A DNA stretch of 10,655 nt, from positions 1-10,655 of the forward strand of contig JBHHUM010000073.1 in assembly GCA_046861645.1 (NCBI GenBank), written 5' to 3'. This DNA comes from Fidelibacterota bacterium (GTDB lineage: Bacteria > Fidelibacterota > Marinisomatia > Marinisomatales > UBA2128). Under the pieces are notes generated by a model, which made no database searches, was not told the origin of the DNA, and was given only the letters and a program-made list of their open reading frames with translations. The position numbers were made by a program, and so were the translations under genes. Below, in pieces: positions 1 through 6,929 of this stretch. Numbering within the stretch: the stretch's first letter is position 1; the number at the start of each line of letters is the position of its first letter.

Positions 1-1
1 G

Positions 2-49
2 GAAGGGGAGACGGGAGCTGCATCCCGGAAAGTTGTGTTGCTGAAATAA
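2..49 (+). CDS. 3' end (partial) of a secreted protein with a T9SS type A / FlgD Ig-like C-terminal sorting domain
   Basis: Frame +2 reads EGETGAASRKVVLLK* with TAA at 47-49. The RKxVLLK-stop ending is typical of C-terminal sorting domains in FCB lineages. Only 15 codons are visible and it is absent from the ORF track. Confidence 0.7.
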   Translation, partial: EGETGAASRKVVLLK

Positions 50-62
50 GGAAGTACTTCCT
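49..62. repeat. Perfect 14-bp palindrome AGGAAGTACTTCCT between convergent stop codons
   Basis: Self-complementary, in the short gap between the stop at 47-49 (+) and the stop at 85-87 (-). No U-tract, so not a classical intrinsic terminator. Confidence 0.6.
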
Positions 63-84
63 GTAGGTTACTATCCCGACTTGT

Positions 85-930
85 CTATGGTTTCGATGAA
101 GTCTCCTTAACCGCTCTCACCGTTACCGTTCCCAAGATAATCACTCCGCCTACTACAGCCCACGGTCCCGGTACCTCACCGATTATCAGAAGCACCCACA
201 ACGGATTCAGGATAGGTTCGATCATGGCGATAAGATTGGAAGAGAGAGCTGCCACATGCTTGATGGCTTCAGCGAAGAGAATGTAGGAGAGTCCTAATTG
301 GAAGATGCCAAGGAGAAGGAGGTAGCCCCAGTCGCCTGACGGAGGAAGCGGATCCCGGGCCATGAACGGGAGGGCGATAAGGAAAGTCAAAACGTTTCCC
401 AGCAGTACGGTTTCAACGGGTGAACCCTCTTTCTGCTTCCGCATGAGGAGCGTCAGCCAGCCGAAGGAGATACCGCTAATCAGGGCGGCTATGTTTCCCC
501 ACAAGTTTGTAGCAGTAATATGATCCAGGAAGAAAAGTACCATCCCGCCAAGCACTGCGGCGATGAAAAGCCAATCCCGCCATTTAACCCGCTCACCCAG
601 GAACCACCCTCCAAACAGCGCCACCCAGATAGGTGATGTGTATTGAAGAAGGATAGTATTGGCGGCAGTTGTTAATTTATTTCCCACCACATAGAGCATT
701 ACTGTTGCGCAGTAAGCTACAGCGCCCCATAGCTGGTATTTGCTCCAGGTGAATTTTTTCTGGCGGAGGTAGAGAAGGATCACAACGGCAGCGATGCCGC
801 TTCTGGTTCCGGCGATGGCCATGGCGTTCCAGTCAATGAGCTTTACAAACAGCCCACCGAGGCTCCAGAGAAGAGCTGTCATAATAAGCAGGATGATTCC
901 CCGGACACGGTGATCTTGGACTGCTATCAT
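85..930 (-). CDS. EamA/DMT family transporter
   Basis: 281 aa, about 10 hydrophobic segments in two repeats. DMT signatures LLWSLGGLFVK, LQYTSPIWV...FLGER and IEPILNPLWVLLIIGEVPG. Confidence 0.93.
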   Translation of the reverse strand: MIAVQDHRVRGIILLIMTALLWSLGGLFVKLIDWNAMAIAGTRSGIAAVVILLYLRQKKFTWSKYQLWGAVAYCATVMLYVVGNKLTTAANTILLQYTSPIWVALFGGWFLGERVKWRDWLFIAAVLGGMVLFFLDHITATNLWGNIAALISGISFGWLTLLMRKQKEGSPVETVLLGNVLTFLIALPFMARDPLPPSGDWGYLLLLGIFQLGLSYILFAEAIKHVAALSSNLIAMIEPILNPLWVLLIIGEVPGPWAVVGGVIILGTVTVRAVKETSSKP

Positions 931-943
931 GAGCGGGAAGTTA
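931..943 (-). promoter_or_regulatory. Putative -10 element TAACTT plus 7 nt directly before the EamA ATG (leaderless transcript)
   Basis: Minus strand reads TAACTT-CCCGCTC-ATG. No SD upstream, and the spacing puts +1 on or next to the A of ATG. Confidence 0.5.
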
Positions 944-1028
944 AGGGTTGCGGGTGAGGGGTGGGATAGGAATTATCACTATGTCTATTCCGGTCAAGGG
1001 TCAGATTGTTCTGTTCATGTTACAGACG

Positions 1029-1040
1029 TATATTCCCGCT
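1029..1040 (+). promoter_or_regulatory. Putative -10 element TATATT-CCCGCT for the peptidase gene
   Basis: Same TAnnTT-CCCGCT string as the divergent EamA site, about 125 nt upstream of the likely start codon. Confidence 0.4.
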
Positions 1041-1164
1041 GTTGGATATACTTGGGTACAGGTTACTGCGACTATTGCAGACTACTTGGGACGATAATGA
1101 AAGCTGAGTTTCAGCACTAATATGGGTCGCAGAGATGAATAATAGAGAGAGGAGGTTTCCGGCT

Positions 1165-4125
1165 ATGGGTCGTTTCTCCAGTGTATGTATATTGGTTATC
1201 CTGTTAGTTGTGCAGATTTTTCCTCTTGATACACAGGACTACTGGCAGCAGGAAGTGGCTTATGAAATCCACGTTTCCCTTAATGATTCTGCACATACGC
1301 TGTCTGCCCATGAAAAACTTACGTATACAAACAACTCTCCGGACACACTAACCTTTATCTGGTTTCATCTCTGGCCAAATGCTTATAAGAATAACGAGAC
1401 AGCCTACGCCAGACAGAAAATTACTCATTATTCTACCTCTTTTCACTGGTCAAGTGCTAAGGAGCGGGGTTTCATCGATAGTCTTGACTTCAGATCTAAC
1501 GAAGAAGAGTTGGAGTGGACCTATCATCCGGAATGGATCGATGTCGCCAAAGTCAATCTTTCAGAACCACTTCCACCAGGTAACAGTGTAACCATCGAAA
1601 CTCCATTTTTCGTCAAAATACCAAAAGTCTTTTCTCGTCTGGGACACACAGGGAAGCATTATGAAATCACGCAATGGTATCCCAAGCCTGCTGTCTATGA
1701 TAAAGAGGGGTGGCACCCCATGCCTTATCTTGATATGGGGGAATTCTATAGCGAGTTTGGTACCTTTGATGTCTTTCTGACTCTTCCCGAAGGTTATCGC
1801 GTGATGGCTACGGGGGATTTAATTAACGGCGAGGCAGAATACGCCTGGCTGGATTCTCTGGCTGAGGAGGGAGACAAACTTCACCAACTCGATAAAAAGG
1901 CGTTCAAAAAAAAGATAAAAAAAATTAAGAAAGCAATACGAAAGGCTGGGAAAAAGAGAGCTAAAGAGAAGAAAACTAATAAACCTAAAATGAAGACCCT
2001 TCATTTCCATCAGGAGAAGGTACACGATTTTGCCTGGTTCGCTGACCCCAATTGGATCGTCCGCAAAGGAGTGCTATGGCTTGCAGATTCGACACATAAA
2101 GTGACATTGTGGAGTATGTATTTTCCTAAAAATGCCAAGCTGTGGGAAAATTCCATCGCATATATTCACGATGCCGGATACTGGTACAGCGAGTTTTATG
2201 GTGACTATCCGTACGATCATATTACAGCAGTGGATGGTGACCTGTCCGCAGGTGGCGGGATGGAATACCCCAACATAACTGTCATCTCCAAAATGCCCAG
2301 TCAAGATATTTTAGAATTCGTCATTATGCACGAAGTAGGACACAACTGGTTCTATGGCATTCTTGGTTCTAATGAAAGGGATCACGCCTGGTTGGATGAG
2401 GGACTGAATGAATACACGAATATCCGGTACTGGGAGAAGAAGTATCCTGAACGGAATGGAGGCGTTATTATGCAGGATTTTACCCAGAATAAACTGGGAA
2501 TTGCAAAGAATTTGGACATGCGCTGGATAATGGGATACCTTGGGTATCAGCAGCGGGCAGTGAGTGCTGACGACCAACCTATCGATATAACTTCAACAGA
2601 ATTCCATCCGGGGAATTATGGTTCCATTGTTTATGGTAAGACGGCCATCTTTACCCGCTATCTTCAACACTATCTGGGTGAAGAGAAAATCAACGAAATT
2701 ATGCAGGAGTATTATGAAAATTGGAAATTCAAGCATCCCTCTCCGCAAAATTTGAGAGAGATTTTTAAGAAGCACTTGACGGAAAACATTTCTTGGTATC
2801 TGGATGATGCTATTTTTGATACAAAAGTGATAGACTACAGCATTGGAGAGCTGACTAAGGAGACAGTGACTTTAACAAATGAGGGGACTATGTCTCCTCC
2901 TGTGGAATTGGTGTTTCTGGATAGAAAGGGGACTGAACTGCAACGACAGTGGATTCCTGGTTTTCAAGATCGACAGGTTGTAACCATACCAGAGGGAACT
3001 GTACGAGTTGTTATCGATCCGGATAACTATATGCCCGATATTAATCGAGAGAATAACACCACATCCAAACCTTGGAAGTTGAACCTGGTTTTTGATCAAC
3101 CTTTATTTCATTATAGAGAGGTAAATATTGTTCCCTGGTTAAATGGAAACGCTTATAATGGTACAACCCCTGGTCTAATCCTTTACAGCGGATTTATTCC
3201 GGGGTATCGATATGGTATCTCCTTATCGCCCCAGTGGGATTTTGAAAACAACCACCTCGTAGGTACAATCAGGGCACAGAAGACTTTTTATCGGTGGTCA
3301 CGATTCAAAACGGTGAACTTATCTACGGTGATCAGCGATTATAGTGGACGCAAAGGATTGAAAATTACTTTCCAGGGAGTGGTGCGCAAGCCTATAGTCG
3401 CGACGCCTTCATCTACTATTAATGTCGCTTTATTTTATCACAATATTGACTCACTCGCTGTTAATCCATTGTACTATACTGCCGGTAAATATGTTATTGG
3501 CGAATGGGGTGCAGCCTATAATCACCGCCCTGATCCATTTCTAAATTATGGAGGTAAAATTAATCTTAAAGGTGATCTGAAAAACGGCAGTTTTGCCAAA
3601 ATTTCCTTTTCTGGAAACCTCTTTTGGAAATACTCTAAAAAGTTAAATCTGGGTGGACGGTTTTGGATTGGGTCTTTCCTCAATAACCAAGATATCCCAG
3701 CACAATATCAGATCTGGATGAGTGGTGGCGTGGATCCTGACTTTGAAAACAGTTTTGTTTTTAACCGCACGGATGATGGTGGAGTAAGTCCCGTCAATGT
3801 GTATGATGAGGAATTCATTCAGGAAGGTCCCAGTATGCGAGGAGCCTATCCCACCCCTTCTAAAAAGACAGCGTGGGCGGTCAACTTCAACCATAGCGTA
3901 CCCCTTGTTCCTTTAAACCTTTTTTTAGATTTGGGTAAGGCCACAGACCTTAAGAATACTCTTATCGATGGCGGTTTAAAAATCTCTCTCTCCGTCTTTA
4001 GCTTCTACTTTCCACTCTATCAAAGTTGGGAAGAAGAAAGTAAGGTTCCATCTAACTTGGACTGGATTGTTGACCGGGCGAGATTTGAATTCCATTTTCC
4101 CCGCAGTATCTCCATGGGAAGATAA
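1165..4125 (+). CDS. Exported M1-family zinc aminopeptidase with a putative C-terminal Omp85-like beta-barrel
   Basis: GGMEY exopeptidase motif (2254-2268) and HEVGH-X18-E zinc motif (HEVGH at 2329-2343). Start moved from 1135 to ATG 1165 because AGGAGG (1150-1155) lies 9 nt upstream and a signal-peptide-like MGRFSSVCILVILLVVQIFP follows. The C-terminal ~340 aa show alternating beta-strand patterns with MRGAY and FLDLG motifs. Confidence refers to the M1 call; the barrel is inferred. Confidence 0.92.
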   Translation: MGRFSSVCILVILLVVQIFPLDTQDYWQQEVAYEIHVSLNDSAHTLSAHEKLTYTNNSPDTLTFIWFHLWPNAYKNNETAYARQKITHYSTSFHWSSAKERGFIDSLDFRSNEEELEWTYHPEWIDVAKVNLSEPLPPGNSVTIETPFFVKIPKVFSRLGHTGKHYEITQWYPKPAVYDKEGWHPMPYLDMGEFYSEFGTFDVFLTLPEGYRVMATGDLINGEAEYAWLDSLAEEGDKLHQLDKKAFKKKIKKIKKAIRKAGKKRAKEKKTNKPKMKTLHFHQEKVHDFAWFADPNWIVRKGVLWLADSTHKVTLWSMYFPKNAKLWENSIAYIHDAGYWYSEFYGDYPYDHITAVDGDLSAGGGMEYPNITVISKMPSQDILEFVIMHEVGHNWFYGILGSNERDHAWLDEGLNEYTNIRYWEKKYPERNGGVIMQDFTQNKLGIAKNLDMRWIMGYLGYQQRAVSADDQPIDITSTEFHPGNYGSIVYGKTAIFTRYLQHYLGEEKINEIMQEYYENWKFKHPSPQNLREIFKKHLTENISWYLDDAIFDTKVIDYSIGELTKETVTLTNEGTMSPPVELVFLDRKGTELQRQWIPGFQDRQVVTIPEGTVRVVIDPDNYMPDINRENNTTSKPWKLNLVFDQPLFHYREVNIVPWLNGNAYNGTTPGLILYSGFIPGYRYGISLSPQWDFENNHLVGTIRAQKTFYRWSRFKTVNLSTVISDYSGRKGLKITFQGVVRKPIVATPSSTINVALFYHNIDSLAVNPLYYTAGKYVIGEWGAAYNHRPDPFLNYGGKINLKGDLKNGSFAKISFSGNLFWKYSKKLNLGGRFWIGSFLNNQDIPAQYQIWMSGGVDPDFENSFVFNRTDDGGVSPVNVYDEEFIQEGPSMRGAYPTPSKKTAWAVNFNHSVPLVPLNLFLDLGKATDLKNTLIDGGLKISLSVFSFYFPLYQSWEEESKVPSNLDWIVDRARFEFHFPRSISMGR

Positions 4126-4256
4126 ACTTTAGTTCGGTTCAGAAACTAATCTAACGCAAGTCGAATCCATGTACCTTAGAGGAGGGCTAATTATTGTTAG
4201 ACTATCTTTATGAAAAATGTTCAAAAAGAACGATTCTGTTTTCTCACTAATCTTGG

Positions 4257-4264
4257 TAAATTCC
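4257..4264 (+). promoter_or_regulatory. Putative -10 element TAAATTCC
   Basis: Third TAnnTTCC instance, 56 nt upstream of the GTG at 4321, which has SD AAGGGGTGA at 4306-4314. Confidence 0.35.
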
Positions 4265-4320
4265 TCCGTGAAATTTTGTTTTGAGTTAGCTACTATCATT
4301 CATTTAAGGGGTGAGATCAG

Positions 4321-4749
4321 GTGAGTTGGAATAAAGAAAAGATGATGACTCATATCCGTAAGTACAAGAACCGAGAGATTGCCCGGATGGCTGAAAAAAT
4401 AATAGACTTTACCGAGATGGAAGCTGACGAAGCTTCCTGGGGCCGGGGGAAAGAACTGGGTACGCTCACCTTTCGCTGTAATTCTGATATGGGACTTATA
4501 TCAATTTTTCAGATTTCATCTAAAGGGTATTTACGGTTGTTGGTTAACCATCTCCGTGAAAAGGAAGTACCTAAACCGGCTATGAACGATTTCGTATTGA
4601 AGTTAGAAGCTAACTTCCTCCAGGATTATGATGAGGAAAATTATCCTTTTGATTCCTTTCATGATATGGATGAATTATTTCATACCTCAGCACAAGTAGA
4701 CAAGTTTATTAATTCTGTTGAAGGACTCGCCTATCGTCTCCGCCAGTAA
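4321..4749 (+). CDS. Hypothetical cytoplasmic protein (142 aa)
   Basis: Strong SD, soluble alpha/beta-like sequence with a WGRG motif and an acidic C-terminal part. Abuts the next gene. Family not recognised. Confidence 0.8.
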   Translation: MSWNKEKMMTHIRKYKNREIARMAEKIIDFTEMEADEASWGRGKELGTLTFRCNSDMGLISIFQISSKGYLRLLVNHLREKEVPKPAMNDFVLKLEANFLQDYDEENYPFDSFHDMDELFHTSAQVDKFINSVEGLAYRLRQ

Positions 4750-4761
4750 CAGGTGACACTT

Positions 4762-5166
4762 ATGACAACAGTTTTAGCCCTCCTGGCATTTACCGGGTGG
4801 GTTTTTTCGTTTTACTTCTTACAGGTGTATCGGGGAAACCTTCCCGTTGAGGTTTGGTGGATCCCAGGGGTTTGTAGGATCAGTTCATCATCCTGCCAGC
4901 GTATAACAGATACTCGCTATGGGCGGTTTTATAGTAAACCTAACGCATTCTGGGGTTGTTTCTATTATCCTGGTCTGATATTGTTCATTCTCTTTGTTCA
5001 ACAAGGTTTTTTAGGTTTAAAACTTCTTTTGGTTCCTGCAACAACAGCCTTTTTTTTCAGTATCTATCTGCTATGGGGATTGTATAAGTTGGGGATATTA
5101 TGTCGGATATGTCTCCTGGTTCATATGATTAATTTTGCAATTTTCATACTACTGCTCCTCTCTTAG
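4762..5166 (+). CDS. Vitamin K epoxide reductase (VKOR) family protein
   Basis: Loop cysteine pair CRISSSSC, YGRFYSKPNAFWG segment, active-site CRIC (CxxC) at the start of the last TM helix, four hydrophobic segments. ATG 4762 preferred (SD-like AGGTGA 4751-4756); GTG 4753 is the alternative. Confidence 0.88.
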   Translation: MTTVLALLAFTGWVFSFYFLQVYRGNLPVEVWWIPGVCRISSSSCQRITDTRYGRFYSKPNAFWGCFYYPGLILFILFVQQGFLGLKLLLVPATTAFFFSIYLLWGLYKLGILCRICLLVHMINFAIFILLLLS

Positions 5167-5198
5167 TAAGTCAGCTCTTCTATGCCTAAAAAATAGAA

Positions 5199-6209
5199 AT
5201 GGAAATGGAAGCAAAGTGGTGGGAACCCCTGGAGAATAATAGGGTTATCTGCAACCTCTGTCCCCGATTTTGTAAAATTGGGGAGGGACAGTCGGGGTTT
5301 TGTTTTGTACGTAAGAATGTCCAGGGAAAGCTTTATCAGAAGGCTTATGGGCGAACGACAGGATTTGCTCTTGATCCGATGGAGAAAAAACCCCTGAACC
5401 ATTTTATGCCGGGCACATCAATTCTTAGCTTCGGTACAGCCGGTTGTAACTTGGGTTGTCGCTTCTGCCAAAATTGGGACATGTCCAAAGCCAGGTTAAA
5501 TGATCTTCATTCTCTGCTGATCACGCCAGAAGAAGTAGTGCAGTTGGCTTTGAAGCACAAATGTTCAAGCATAGCTTATACTTATAATGATCCCACTATC
5601 TATGCCGAGTATGTAATGGATATTGCCAGGTTAGCTCATGGGGAAGGGATAAAAAATGTAATGGTTACAGCAGGATATATAACCCCTATCGCCCGTAAGG
5701 ATGTTTATACTGATATCGATGCTGCTAACGTGGACCTGAAAGCCTTCACAGAGAAATTTTACCACAAATTGACTTTATCTCATCTTCAGGACGTACTCGA
5801 TACTATTTGTTGGCTGGCAAATGAAACTGATGTCTGGTTAGAAATAACCAATCTTCTAATCCCCGGCTACAATACCGCAAAAGAAGAGTTAAGCCAAATG
5901 ATTGATTGGATTCAGCAAAATGTGGGTAGTGAAGTCCCCCTGCATTTCACCGCTTTTCATCCGGATTACAAAATGTTCGACACTCCTTCCACACCGAAAT
6001 CGACTTTAATTGAAGCTCGTCGACTGGCAATTAAGAAAGGTATGCAGTATGTTTATATCGGCAATGTTTTTGACCAGCAAGGTCAAACTACTTTCTGCCC
6101 AGGTTGCCAGAAGCCACTGATAGAGCGGAGTTGGCATTCCATTCTGAAAATCAATTTGGTTGGAACTCGTTGCACATGTGGGCAGGAAATCCCTATCATT
6201 TGGAATTAA
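5199..6209 (+). CDS. amrS: AmmeMemoRadiSam system radical SAM enzyme
   Basis: Radical SAM CNLGCRFC (CxxxCxxC) followed by QNW. Family signatures: N-terminal CNLCPRFC...GFC, DPMEKKPLNHF, SIAYTYNDPT, DAANVDLK, PLHFTAFHP, YVYIGNV and C-terminal CPGC...CTCG. Start is 5199 or 5205. Confidence 0.93.
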   Translation: MEMEAKWWEPLENNRVICNLCPRFCKIGEGQSGFCFVRKNVQGKLYQKAYGRTTGFALDPMEKKPLNHFMPGTSILSFGTAGCNLGCRFCQNWDMSKARLNDLHSLLITPEEVVQLALKHKCSSIAYTYNDPTIYAEYVMDIARLAHGEGIKNVMVTAGYITPIARKDVYTDIDAANVDLKAFTEKFYHKLTLSHLQDVLDTICWLANETDVWLEITNLLIPGYNTAKEELSQMIDWIQQNVGSEVPLHFTAFHPDYKMFDTPSTPKSTLIEARRLAIKKGMQYVYIGNVFDQQGQTTFCPGCQKPLIERSWHSILKINLVGTRCTCGQEIPIIWN

Positions 6210-6289
6210 TGAGTCAACACTGAACGAGCTGTTTTTATTAGGTTTTTTCACAGTGATAGCAAATATATTTTCTTTTCTTAAATAAATTG

Positions 6290-6318
6290 TTGTTTATTAC
6301 CTATGTTAATATTAACAT
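6290..6318 (+). promoter_or_regulatory. Candidate sigma70-type promoter TTGTTT-N17-TAACAT for the PadR cluster
   Basis: -35-like 6290-6295, 17-bp spacer, -10-like 6313-6318. Region is AT-rich so alternatives exist (TAATAT 6307-6312, TATAAC 6327-6332). Confidence 0.4.
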
Positions 6319-6319
6319 A
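6302..6319. promoter_or_regulatory. Putative PadR operator: perfect 18-bp palindrome TATGTTAATATTAACATA
   Basis: Contains ATGT-N8-ACAT, the inverted-repeat pattern known for Bacillus subtilis PadR. Lies 62 nt upstream of a PadR-family gene and overlaps the candidate -10. Confidence 0.75.
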
Positions 6320-6381
6320 TGGTATGTATAACACATATTCAACTGCTCATCTTAAGGTGATAAGTCCAGAGGAGGTCTAAA

Positions 6382-6912
6382 ATGAATCTTGAGACTGTTA
6401 TTCTCGGTTTTCTGAATTTGGAGCCCATGTCTGGTTACGATCTATCCAAGCAAATTGATTCTTCAGTAGGTTTTTTCTGGCATGCGACTCACCCTCAGAT
6501 TTATAGTACCTTAAAGAAACTTGAAGTGGAGGGTTATGTCACTTTTGAACATGAAATACAAAAATCAGGTCCTACTAAAAAGATTTACACTATTACCGCT
6601 ACTGGAAAACAATTTTTTTTAGATGAACTGACCCCAATCGAGCCACAGTTAGTGAAGTTCCCTCTTTTAGTGTCCATGTTTCTTGGTGCTGAGCTCGGTA
6701 TCGAATTCTGGAGAAATGCATTGCCACTTCAGATTGCTGAGCGGGAAAAAGAACTGCAGGTCTATAATCAGATTTTAAAAGAAATCCCCAAGGATGATCC
6801 CTCTAATGATTTGGGTAATTACCTGCGACTGAGAACACTCTATTTTGGAATCGGATACCAAAAGTTTTTTATCAAATGGTTGCAAAAGACCTTACAGGAA
6901 TTAGAAAAATGA
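6382..6912 (+). CDS. PadR family transcriptional regulator (long, PadR/AphA-type)
   Basis: ILGFL-x3-PMSGYDL, FFWHATHPQIYSTLKKLE and KKIYTITATG winged-helix signature plus a ~90-aa helical C-terminal domain. SD AGGAGGT at 6370-6376. Confidence 0.95.
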   Translation: MNLETVILGFLNLEPMSGYDLSKQIDSSVGFFWHATHPQIYSTLKKLEVEGYVTFEHEIQKSGPTKKIYTITATGKQFFLDELTPIEPQLVKFPLLVSMFLGAELGIEFWRNALPLQIAEREKELQVYNQILKEIPKDDPSNDLGNYLRLRTLYFGIGYQKFFIKWLQKTLQELEK

Positions 6913-6929
6913 TATTGATATATCATTTT
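6906..6929. repeat. Inverted repeat AAAATGATAT-tgat-ATATCATTTT between the padR-family gene and the receptor gene
   Basis: 10-bp perfect arms with a 4-nt centre, containing tandem TGATAT hexamers. Function unknown. Confidence 0.5.

Noticed and set aside
71..969. CTATCCC (71-77) and GGGATAG (963-969) inverted pair flanking EamA as element ends
   Set aside because: Only 7 bp, no target-site duplication and no transposase.
929..1120. 63-aa plus-strand ORF with YCDYC
   Set aside because: Starts overlapping the EamA start codon, has no SD, and runs through the divergent promoter region; the CxxC is probably chance.
1135..1164. Track start of the peptidase at 1135
   Set aside because: These codons contain the AGGAGG SD for ATG 1165, which directly precedes the signal peptide.
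1906..1924. Two A8 tracts (and A9 at 9095-9103) as phase-variation or frameshift sites
   Set aside because: Frames are intact and the runs are explained by consecutive Lys codons in an AT-rich genome; read-level length variation would be needed.
1379..3894. Short alternative-frame and antisense ORFs inside the peptidase gene
   Set aside because: Shadows of a well-supported CDS, with no motifs or ribosome-binding sites noted.
4268..4324. 18-codon GTG ORF overlapping the 4321 start (GTGA)
   Set aside because: No SD or regulatory codon pattern, and the downstream gene has its own strong SD; compatible with chance.
6210..6260. Intrinsic terminator after amrS
   Set aside because: T-runs are present but no convincing GC-rich stem precedes them.
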